Shown here piece by piece: positions 43,247-51,747 of a stretch of DNA of 64,000 nt (its first letter is position 1; each line of letters begins with the position of its first letter). Source of the DNA: Cellvibrionales bacterium (lineage in GTDB: Bacteria; Pseudomonadota; Gammaproteobacteria; Pseudomonadales; UBA7434); the NCBI GenBank assembly GCA_042090785.1, contig JBELIP010000008.1, positions 18,763 to 82,762 on the forward strand. Direction: 5' to 3'. The translations under genes and the position numbers were made by a program. The notes beneath the pieces are model-generated. The model saw only the letters and a program-made list of their open reading frames with translations, was not told where the DNA came from and searched no databases.

Positions 43247-43461
43247 AAGCAGAAAATTCGAATTTGAGGAATATAATTTAAGGGCGCTAAAATAAAATTG
43301 CCCCGTACACTACTTATCTTCAAAGAAAGCATTAGTTTCAAAGAAAATAACCTGTAAGGAGCATTCATATTTCAAACAGTGAGGTTCTGCACTTTACTTA
43401 CAATAGCTAACTATAATACTAAGTGTAAGACTAACTATAAGTTAAGTGCAGATAATTTACG

Positions 43462-43644
43462 CTAGTCGTCTAAGTCAGTGTTAACGACTTTTTTACCACG
43501 GTAAAAACCTTCAGGAGTGACATGATGACGACGATGCTTTTCACCACTGCTCTCATCTACCGATAACACGCCTTCTACCAAGCTATCATGTGAACGACGT
43601 TGGCCACGACGAGAACGAGTTACTTTACTTTTTTGTACTGCCAT
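43462..43644 (-). CDS. rpmF: 50S ribosomal protein L32
   Basis: 60 aa: [20 protein letters not shown]. Confidence 0.95.
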   Translation of the reverse strand: MAVQKSKVTRSRRGQRRSHDSLVEGVLSVDESSGEKHRRHHVTPEGFYRGKKVVNTDLDD

Positions 43645-44234
43645 TACATTTGCTCCTGACCGCCACCGGCCTTTAACGTTTTTAGCACATCAAAAGGGTT
43701 ATCCATACCCATATCTGAGCGCCGTTCAATTTCTTGTATTGGCTTGTCTGCCAACACATGACTTATATTATCTTGATCCGTATGTTTGTCTGCGCGTTTT
43801 GGATGCATAGCAACCTTTTCTGGATGCATAGCAACAACGGGCAAACTCAACAAAATTTCTTCTTCAATTAACGCATCAATATCTAACACACCCTCATCAT
43901 TAAGCAGGATGGGTTCGTAATCTTTTATCTGTGCTCGCGCCTCTTCGTCGTGAGCCGCAACCGTCAGTGTCGTCTCTATGCTAACTGACACAGTAACCGG
44001 CTCTAAACAGCGCTGGCATTGCATTTCAACATCGCCATTAATCTGCACATCTATCTTTGACTTTTTAGACTCATTTAAGCCAAAATCGAGTTCAACTTGA
44101 AAACTGCCTGCAAACGCTGAAATTGCACCATCAACTCGCGGCAAGCGCTCTGGAACCACATAACCGGCCAAAATAGCACGACTATCGACGAGCTTTCTAA
44201 CGGTGACAGACTGAGGCAACTTTTCACTAGGCAT
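43644..44234 (-). CDS. yceD: YceD / DUF177 protein (23S rRNA accumulation protein)
   Basis: 196 aa, in the conserved position upstream of rpmF. It carries the CQRCLEPV motif. Its stop overlaps the rpmF start. Confidence 0.85.
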   Translation of the reverse strand: MPSEKLPQSVTVRKLVDSRAILAGYVVPERLPRVDGAISAFAGSFQVELDFGLNESKKSKIDVQINGDVEMQCQRCLEPVTVSVSIETTLTVAAHDEEARAQIKDYEPILLNDEGVLDIDALIEEEILLSLPVVAMHPEKVAMHPKRADKHTDQDNISHVLADKPIQEIERRSDMGMDNPFDVLKTLKAGGGQEQM

Positions 44235-44418
44235 AATCGGGCGGATTCTATAGGGATTACCTGCGTTACGTCAATTTGATTTTTAACCGATTATTGGTAA
44301 AAACGGCCTCTACAGGCACTTAATATCTATTTTTGGACGAATCGATGTCTATTTTTAGGTTAATGCCCCTCTTTCTAGGCCCAACTAATTGATAAAAGTA
44401 AGATTTGGAGCAATATTA

Positions 44419-45033
44419 GTGCGCATCGTTCTTGGTTCAGGGTCCCGCTATCGGGCGGCATTACTTCAGCGAATAGTCCCCAACTTCGACACCGACACCC
44501 CCGATATTGATGAATCCGCCCTCGCCAACGAAACACCAACCTCGTTAGCTTTAAGGCTAGCCACCGAAAAAGCCATTAAAATTGGCAAGCGCTGGGGAAA
44601 TTCACTCGTTATTGGTTCAGACCAAATTGCTTTACTGCAGCGTTCAACCTCCTCCACAAATAATTCGTTAGATGAAATACTCGGAAAACCCGGTAATTTT
44701 ATCAACGCACAACAACAGTTGCGCAAATGCAGCGGCCAATCGGTTATCTATCGAACCGCCTGCTGCCTTTTAAATACGGCCACCCATAGCCGACAACTAT
44801 TTCATGACGACTATATTTTGCATTTTAAAGCGCTCAGTGAGGCACACATTAGTGACTACCTGAATAAGGAGCAGCCCTATGATTGCGCCGGAGCCATCAA
44901 ATCCGAAGGCTTAGGTGTCACGCTTATTGACCGCTACGAAGGTAATGACCCTTCCACATTAATAGGTCTTCCACTCATTAAGCTTATTGAAGCACTGAAT
45001 AATGAAGGTTATTTAGTACTTGAAAATCAATAA
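44419..45033 (+). CDS. yceF: Maf-family nucleoside triphosphate pyrophosphatase (YceF type)
   Basis: The start was trimmed to the GTG at 44419, which has GGAG 8 nt upstream. Matching motifs are LGSGSRYR, IGSDQ and CAGAIKSEGLGVTLIDRYEGNDPSTLIGLPL, compared with E. coli YceF as I recall it. Confidence 0.85.
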   Translation: MRIVLGSGSRYRAALLQRIVPNFDTDTPDIDESALANETPTSLALRLATEKAIKIGKRWGNSLVIGSDQIALLQRSTSSTNNSLDEILGKPGNFINAQQQLRKCSGQSVIYRTACCLLNTATHSRQLFHDDYILHFKALSEAHISDYLNKEQPYDCAGAIKSEGLGVTLIDRYEGNDPSTLIGLPLIKLIEALNNEGYLVLENQ

Positions 45034-45248
45034 GTTGATGCATATCACATTAAAGCCTTAGCCTTTACGCTTCTTTACACTGGCTTTAACCTACTTTACG
45101 CCAAAATCATGATAATGAACTTCAAGCGCTTGGTTATCTTAATTCTTTTTTGAATAACCTCGCATCATCAACACCAGCAACAACTTTTAATCATTGTTTT
45201 TATTGAACACTCCTAATTTCATGTTTCTCCAGACATTAAATTTATTCT

Positions 45249-45277
45249 TAGCCCGCTGATTAGCGGGCTTTTTTTTA
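45249..45277 (+). terminator. Intrinsic terminator in the maf / response-regulator spacer
   Basis: AGCCCGC-tgatt-aGCGGGCT is followed by T8. It sits about 215 nt after the maf stop. Confidence 0.7.
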
Positions 45278-45446
45278 CGCCCAACGTTCACACCCTTTTA
45301 TCGCAGCGCCTTATAGAACAAAGAGTAGACAGTCGACAATAGGCAATTAATATAATAGTACGGCAATAATCATTATCGCTAAGTAGCCATGACTCACGAT
45401 ATACTTAACACCACTTTTCATTCACCTTTATGCGGCGACAATTGTC

Positions 45447-46160
45447 ATGTCACAAAACATCCTCATCGTTGATGACGATACCGAACTCTGTCAATTGCTT
45501 GAGCAATACCTAACAAACGAAGGCATTACTGTATCGTTAATACATGATGGCTTAGAAGCGGTTGAGCACTTACAGCAAATGCACAGCAACAAAAAATCCT
45601 ACGAGGCTATTGTTCTCGATTTTATGCTGCCCGGCATGCAAGGCTTAGATATTCTTCAACGTTTACGAAGCTTCTCTGCAACACCAGTACTTATGCTAAC
45701 CGCCCGCGGCGATGATATAGATCGTATAGTTGGGCTTGAAGCGGGTGCCGATGACTATTTACCAAAACCCTGTAACCCTAGGGAATTACTAGCAAGACTT
45801 CGCGCCATACTCAGAAGAACAGAACAAAACATTAGCGAAAAACATTCATCAAGCCACAGCATTCACGGTATCACTTTAGACAGCGGCAATCGCAATGCCA
45901 AAATTAATAATAAAGTCCTTGAACTGACCAGTGCCGAATTCAACACACTGCAAGCACTTATGACGCAAGCTGGAAAAATTGTCACTAAAGAAGATTTAAC
46001 CGAGATAGCACTTAACCGCAAACACACCCGTTATGACCGCAGTATTGATGTACATATAAGCAGTGTTAGAAAAAAAATTGCCGAACACCTTGGCGATGCA
46101 GAGCTGATTAAAACCGTTCGCGGCTCAGGTTATATATTAGTGAATCAGATTGATGTTTAG
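45447..46160 (+). CDS. OmpR-family response regulator (CpxR-like)
   Basis: 237 aa with a receiver domain (ILIVDDD...VLDFMLPGMQG...LTARGD...YLPKP) and a winged-helix output domain (LTSAEFNTLQALM...TVRGSGYIL). Confidence 0.9.
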   Translation: MSQNILIVDDDTELCQLLEQYLTNEGITVSLIHDGLEAVEHLQQMHSNKKSYEAIVLDFMLPGMQGLDILQRLRSFSATPVLMLTARGDDIDRIVGLEAGADDYLPKPCNPRELLARLRAILRRTEQNISEKHSSSHSIHGITLDSGNRNAKINNKVLELTSAEFNTLQALMTQAGKIVTKEDLTEIALNRKHTRYDRSIDVHISSVRKKIAEHLGDAELIKTVRGSGYILVNQIDV

Positions 46161-47493
46161 CCTTTACTGGAAAATATTTCTTGGCTTTTGGGTGACCAGC
46201 CTTTTGCTTGGCAGCGGCGCCGTATTCCTAAGTGATGCGTTGAGACAGCAAAGCTCAATAGAGCTTCAAGGCCTAACACCGGTAAAATTAGTAGAGCGTT
46301 CAGTATTCATTGTCCGCCGTTTACCCGAAGAAATTGCCGAGTGGCAAACACAGCTTGCCGAAAATGATATTCAGCTTTATGTTGCTTACAAAGAAAAAAG
46401 CCCGCTTAGCACCCCGCTGTTTAACGATAATATCCAGCAAATAATGGATGCACTTGATAGCTCTATTTACCAAACACAATCCAGTGTTACGCGCTTGCGT
46501 ATTGGCCGTAAAGAACGCTCAATCACTGGCGAACAAATCCGCTTTGTCATTGATATGCCAGCAACTAACATACTAAAAGCAAAAGAATGGGTAAACGACA
46601 TTGGCGTTCAGTTTACCTTGGGCTTAACGCTTAGCGCTTTAGTCTGCTTTATACTTGCCCGCTATCTCACGCGTAACATTCAACAGCTCAGTATTGCTAC
46701 TCGTGCACTTGCTAGCGGTGACTTAAGCGCTAGAGCAACACTATCTAACCTGAGTAAAAATGATGAGCTATCGCAGCTTGGTTTAGATTTTAACGATATG
46801 GCCACCGCACTAGAAACCAGTATAGAAAACCAAAAACGTCTGGTACGAGATATTTCCCATGAACTACGATCACCGCTAGCACGACTTAAAATTGCATTAG
46901 AAATTGCGCGCCAAAAAAGCAACAGCCAAGAACTGGATAGAATAGAAAAAGAAGCTGACCGCCTAAATGAATTAATTGGCCAATTATTATCTATGCCCGA
47001 TGATTCAGCACCGCTTAGCGACACAATCGATCTAGTTTTATTGCTTGAATCTATTATCGAAGACTGCACCATTGAAGCCGAAGTAAAGCAAGTGAAATTA
47101 ATATTACTCACAGACTGTAATGAAGCGTTAGTGGCAGCAACCGTGGAGCAACTTCATAGCGCAATGGAAAACATTATTAGAAACGCTATTCATTACACGA
47201 GCGAAAACAGTCAAGTCACTATTGAGTTACACGCAGTGACCAAAGAGACAGGCGATCACTACCAAATAAAGGTTAACGATTGCGGTCCGGGAGTCCCTCA
47301 GGATGATCTCGAACAAATATTCCAACCTTTTTACCGTGTCGATAGAGCAAGAAACAGAGACACCGGTGGTTATGGAATAGGACTCGCTATTGTTCAACGA
47401 GTCCTCCAAAGACATAAAGGAAGTGTTAGCGCCAAAAACACTGGCGCAGGCTTAAAGGTAGCGATTTTACTACCGGCAATAAACAGTGATTAG
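46153..47493 (+). CDS. Sensor histidine kinase with HAMP domain (CpxA/EnvZ-like)
   Basis: The ATG at 46153 overlaps the regulator's stop codon. The protein has two TM segments, a HAMP domain, H-box ISHELRSPLARL, N-box IIRNAIHYT, and G-boxes DCGPGVP and GGYGIGLAIV. Confidence 0.88.
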   Translation: MFSLYWKIFLGFWVTSLLLGSGAVFLSDALRQQSSIELQGLTPVKLVERSVFIVRRLPEEIAEWQTQLAENDIQLYVAYKEKSPLSTPLFNDNIQQIMDALDSSIYQTQSSVTRLRIGRKERSITGEQIRFVIDMPATNILKAKEWVNDIGVQFTLGLTLSALVCFILARYLTRNIQQLSIATRALASGDLSARATLSNLSKNDELSQLGLDFNDMATALETSIENQKRLVRDISHELRSPLARLKIALEIARQKSNSQELDRIEKEADRLNELIGQLLSMPDDSAPLSDTIDLVLLLESIIEDCTIEAEVKQVKLILLTDCNEALVAATVEQLHSAMENIIRNAIHYTSENSQVTIELHAVTKETGDHYQIKVNDCGPGVPQDDLEQIFQPFYRVDRARNRDTGGYGIGLAIVQRVLQRHKGSVSAKNTGAGLKVAILLPAINSD

Positions 47494-48473
47494 CGCAACT
47501 GAGGTGAGGTCGCGCTAATCACACCCATAGAAAAGCTCGCACCTATTCTGCGAGCAAATTGCTCAAAGGGATTAGGTTGAACGGTGTAATCGATAATTTC
47601 ATCAACCCCAATCACTTCGCGCGCCACATAACCCGCACTGCCTAAACCATCAATCAGTCCTTTAGCTAAGGCTTGCTCACCGGTCCAGATTAAACCAGAG
47701 AAAATCTCAGGGTCATCGAGCAAACGTTCACCACGACCACGCTTAACCACATCAATAAATTGCGCATGCGTCACTGCCAAAACTGACTGCCAAAATTCAA
47801 CATCAGTTTCTTTTTGCGTTTGAAAAGAATCCAGAAAGGCTTTGCTTTCGCCAGAGGTATAAACACGACGGTCAACACCTATTTTTTCCATTAAACCATC
47901 AAAGCCAAAACCTGCGCTAATAACACCAATAGAACCAACTAAACTGGCTTTATCGGCATAAATATTATCCGCAGCGGCAGCAATATAGTAGCCTCCAGAA
48001 GCACCTAGATCCGCGATAACAGCATGCAGTTTCTTTTCAGGGTATTTGTCTCTTAAGCGAGTAATTTCATCATTAATATAGCCGGACTGCACAGGACTAC
48101 CGCCGGGAGAATTAATGGCTAAAATTACAGCTTTTGAACCTTCAGCTGCAAACGCATTGCGTAAACCTGCCACCACAGTATTCGCGTTAGCCGGCGCATC
48201 CGCAGCAATAATGCCATCCAAAGATACCAGCGCCACATGCTCCCCACCCACCGATGGCAAACTCGCATCACTTGGCATAAGCGCCCCAATAATCATAAGC
48301 AAATAAGCAAAGGTTAAAAACTTAAAAAAGATACCCCAGCGCCGCGCTTTACGCTGCTCGACGACCGATGCTGTGGCAACTTTTTCTAAAATTTTCCACT
48401 CGGGCTTATTGAATTGGTTATCGACATGATTATCCGTACTGTCATTATTACTCGATGAACCTATACCAAACAA
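47490..48473 (-). CDS. S49-family peptidase (SppA 36K / SohB-like)
   Basis: 327 aa with an N-terminal membrane anchor and the S49 motifs INSPGGS and GASGGYYIAAAAD. Its 3' end overlaps the convergent kinase gene by 4 nt. Confidence 0.85.
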   Translation of the reverse strand: MFGIGSSSNNDSTDNHVDNQFNKPEWKILEKVATASVVEQRKARRWGIFFKFLTFAYLLMIIGALMPSDASLPSVGGEHVALVSLDGIIAADAPANANTVVAGLRNAFAAEGSKAVILAINSPGGSPVQSGYINDEITRLRDKYPEKKLHAVIADLGASGGYYIAAAADNIYADKASLVGSIGVISAGFGFDGLMEKIGVDRRVYTSGESKAFLDSFQTQKETDVEFWQSVLAVTHAQFIDVVKRGRGERLLDDPEIFSGLIWTGEQALAKGLIDGLGSAGYVAREVIGVDEIIDYTVQPNPFEQFARRIGASFSMGVISATSPQLR

Positions 48474-48554
48474 AATAAAATCCCCTCTTAATCAATTAGC
48501 TTCACTTTATTGCTTTATTGCTTTATTGCGTAAATTAGTTGCTAGCACATTATT

Positions 48555-49235
48555 CTAATTCAGCGCAGACCACTGTAAAAGTTGATCCATGCGATCTATG
48601 ACCAATGTCGGCGCATACTGTTCCAATACTGAGACTTCATGTACACCATAACTAACAGCGATTCGCGGCATATCAATATTTTTAGCCATTTGCATATCGT
48701 AACTGGTATCACCAATCATTACAGCTTGCTCAGCCGATATACCGGTTTCGTTTAGCAGCGCCTTTAGCATTATAGGGCTTGGCTTCGATGCCGTTTCATC
48801 TGCTGCGCGGGTGGCCACAAATAAATCGACAAGATTATCCGCTAACAATGCACGATCAAGCCCGCGGCGACTCTTACCCGTAGCCACGGCCAGTAAATGC
48901 CCCTGCGCCTTTAATTGTTGCAGCGTTTCAATGGCTCCAGGAAAAAACTGCGCTTCACCATACTGCTGTTTGAGATCGACAAAATGCTTTGAGTAACACT
49001 CACTAAATTGCGTTAAACCATGCTCGTCAATACCGTCCCGCTCATCAACACCATTGTTATAGAAACCAGAAAACAGCTGCATAGCTGTTTCGCGCAAGCC
49101 TAAACCAATCATCTGCGCACAGCGATCATCGGTTTGCTCGGGTAACTGTAAATGCGTGATTGCCGCCTGCATTGCTGCGACAATATGATCACGGCTATCG
49201 GCTAAGGTACCATCCCAATCAAAAATTAATAACAT
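48555..49235 (-). CDS. HAD-IA family hydrolase (phosphoglycolate-phosphatase-like)
   Basis: 226 aa with motif I (LLIFDWDGTLADS), motif II (ATGKSRR) and motif III (GDTSYDMQMA). Confidence 0.8.
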   Translation of the reverse strand: MLLIFDWDGTLADSRDHIVAAMQAAITHLQLPEQTDDRCAQMIGLGLRETAMQLFSGFYNNGVDERDGIDEHGLTQFSECYSKHFVDLKQQYGEAQFFPGAIETLQQLKAQGHLLAVATGKSRRGLDRALLADNLVDLFVATRAADETASKPSPIMLKALLNETGISAEQAVMIGDTSYDMQMAKNIDMPRIAVSYGVHEVSVLEQYAPTLVIDRMDQLLQWSALN

Positions 49236-49347
49236 TGAATACTCGTTTACTATTTATGCCTACTCATTAACGGCTATACGAACCAACCCGCTACTCATGG
49301 TGATGACCAACGACTATTCGTAATGACCCGCTGCGCCAGTGCTAACA

Positions 49348-50322
49348 CTAACGACGTGGAGATTTAAGATCTAGCGTCGACAAAAAAACATGCCATTCCG
49401 GTGGTAATTCACACTGTACTTGCAAGCGGCCACCTTCATAAGGAATATCAATGGCACTGGCATGAAGAAATAATCGCTTATGACCAAGCTCAGCCAACTT
49501 AGCATTCACCTCAGTAACACCGTACTTCACATCACCACAAAGCGGGTAACCCGCCACCTTGGCATGAACCCGAATTTGGTGGGTGCGCCCCGTCACAGGC
49601 ATTGCCTGAATTAAGCTATATCCGGTAAAGGTTTCTAATACCTTAAAACCCGTTTCTGAAGGCTTGCCATCTGGCGCAGCAACTACCATTCGCTCGCCCG
49701 ACTGCAAAGTATTTTTCTTTAAAGGCGCGGTCACCGAATCCAAACCTGACGGCCATCGCCCTACCGCTAAGGCGGTATAGGTTTTATCAACCGTCTTATC
49801 TCTTAATGCAGCATGACAAGACACCAATGCAGCTCGCTTTTTGGCAATCACCAAACAGCCAGAGGTGTCTCTATCTAAGCGATGCACCAATTCAAGAAAG
49901 CGGCAATCATCGCGCACCTGTCTTAGCGCCTCAATTAACCCTAAAGATAAGCCACTCCCGCCATGCACAGCTAAACCTGCTGGTTTATTAATCACGATAA
50001 GATTCTCGTCTTCAAACAAGATGGCATCGGTCAATAAACGAGCAAAACTGGGAGAAACACCAGGCATTGGCTTTTTAGCAGCAAGATGAACAGGAGGAAT
50101 ACGAACAATATCGCCTTCGCAAAGCCGGTAATCGGGGCCAATGCGACCTTTATTCACTCTCACCTCACCTTTACGAAGAATCCGATAGAGACGCGAGCGT
50201 GGCAAGCTTCGCAGCCTTGCCATCAAAAAATTATCGAGTCGCTGTCCTGCATGATCGGCACCGATCGTGACAAGTTCGACACTTTTCTGCACTATTTCAA
50301 CCAAAAACACACTTCCTATCAC
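49348..50322 (-). CDS. rluC: 23S rRNA pseudouridine synthase RluC (RluA family with S4 domain)
   Basis: 324 aa with an S4 domain (RLDNFLMARLRSLPRSRLYRILRKGEVRVN) and the catalytic motif HRLDRDTSGCLV. It is divergent from rne, as in E. coli and Pseudomonas. Confidence 0.9.
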   Translation of the reverse strand: MIGSVFLVEIVQKSVELVTIGADHAGQRLDNFLMARLRSLPRSRLYRILRKGEVRVNKGRIGPDYRLCEGDIVRIPPVHLAAKKPMPGVSPSFARLLTDAILFEDENLIVINKPAGLAVHGGSGLSLGLIEALRQVRDDCRFLELVHRLDRDTSGCLVIAKKRAALVSCHAALRDKTVDKTYTALAVGRWPSGLDSVTAPLKKNTLQSGERMVVAAPDGKPSETGFKVLETFTGYSLIQAMPVTGRTHQIRVHAKVAGYPLCGDVKYGVTEVNAKLAELGHKRLFLHASAIDIPYEGGRLQVQCELPPEWHVFLSTLDLKSPRR

Positions 50323-50441
50323 CCCAGCTACGGCTCAGAGTAATGAATAAATTAAAAAATCAAAGCAATTGAGGTACTTAAAGGATAATGTTACGATGAC
50401 TTCTGCTATTTTTAAGGCCTATTGATGAGTTCTGTGTTCAT

Positions 50442-50479
50442 TAGTTTTGTGTTGATAGTTTTGTGTTGATAGTTTTGTG
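50442..50479. repeat. 14-nt tandem repeat (2.7 copies)
   Basis: tagttttgtgttga occurs twice, followed by the partial copy tagttttgtg. It lies in the AT-rich region next to the rluC start. Confidence 0.8.
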
Positions 50480-51399
50480 AACATAAGTGCAAACCAATAA
50501 ATAAAAGCCAATGGACGGGAGCTTATCAGATTTTTGAAAGCCCTGTTTATCAATTTCAACATAATTGATTGGCCGCCAATAAAAATAAAGCAACAATATC
50601 TCAGCTTCATGTTCTGCTAAGTTTAGTCTGATGGACTAAACTAAAAAAACATCAGCATGACCCAATGCTGTATTGCCGCCAAAAATGAACTTTTTGGCTA
50701 CGATATAGCCTCAGGACCCACTGCTGTTAAATGACATTACATTGCCAGAAGTCATTTAAGGCGAAATCGTAAGACGGCGAGTAGATGCTCACCGCCGAAG
50801 TTTTCGAAGGCTAAGTAGACCAAACTTGCGGTCTGGCATAGCCAAAAGTCTAGGGCGCCGATAGCACCGACCCAATAGTCGTTAACTGCCACTAGACTGA
50901 TAACTGAAAAAAAACTGATAGTCCTCGCCAGTTAATAAGATAAAGCGAGAGCAAAGACATTAACGCCAAAGCCGCAACGGACCTGCAACTTTGGATTGAT
51001 TTTTAAATATTACATAGCAACAGTGATAAAACTTTCGGCAGAAAGCACACATGTAATTTCTGCCCAAGCACATCGATAGTCGAATGACGAATCGAGCGAG
51101 CAACCCACCTTACCCAGGTCCGTTGCCCAGTATGAAAAGTGCAGACAGCGTTAACGCTTATATCTAGCAACGCTTTGAGTTATCACCTAGCGATAGAGGA
51201 AAGTATTTAGCCGGCGATACATTGCAGATATCATGCATTGAAAGCCTTCATAGACGCACCGCTAGCAATAGCAGTTGCTCATGGGCCGCCAGCCAAAGCA
51301 GTGTCACGAACAGAACACTGCCTAATTGAAGAAGCGCCATTGATGCGCTCTAGCCCACTAAACCGGGATTAGATAAGCATCGAGTGCACACCAAAATAG

Positions 51400-51747
51400 A
51401 AAATAGCTTCGCTCGTGTTATCGGCCGTCAATCGCCGTCGAGCCCAAGCCATGATTTACATAGAGTCTAGCCTTACAAAGCCTAGCACTCATAGTAAACT
51501 TTCCATTACGGTCTGCAGCGTTAACAGTAGCTAACAACCCCGTTAGGGTGAAATAATAAAGTAAGTGGGAACATACCCTTTATCTATTTACTTCCCCTTG
51601 CCAACCACTACTTCTTCATTAGACTTACCTTCTTCCCGCCAGGTTTAACCGTCTCAACATATTATTCATACCGCCTCTTTTCATTGCCGCTTATTGAGCT
51701 CACTGCGCGAATACTCGCGACGCTACCCAAAAGTGAAGAGACACATT
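51400..51747 (+). promoter_or_regulatory. Probable rne 5' UTR (RNase E autoregulatory leader); boundaries not determined
   Basis: This call rests on position only. E. coli rne has a leader of about 360 nt that mediates autoregulation. Here a CU-rich tract (51590-51640) and the hairpin CGCGA-atac-TCGCG (about 51706-51719) precede the ATG. Confidence 0.35.

Noticed and set aside
48505-48528. ctttattg repeated three times in tandem upstream of the S49 peptidase gene
   Set aside because: This is a trivial 8-nt AT-rich microsatellite in a promoter region, too short to interpret.
50419-50610. 63-aa minus-strand ORF next to the rluC start
   Set aside because: It is very AT-rich and has no SD. Its C-terminus is encoded by the 14-nt tandem repeat. 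It most likely falls in promoter DNA. I could not exclude a small membrane protein.
50640-51540. Whether the rne upstream spacer is a known housekeeping RNA (RNase P RNA, tmRNA, 6S) or an ORF-less group II intron
   Set aside because: I looked for the hallmark strings: GGAAAGTCCGG-like for RNase P, the tmRNA 5' GGGGCTGAT and tag reading frame, and the group II 5' GTGCG plus domain V AGCCGTAT...TACGG hairpin. I found none. This is an eye search only, so remote homologues are not excluded.
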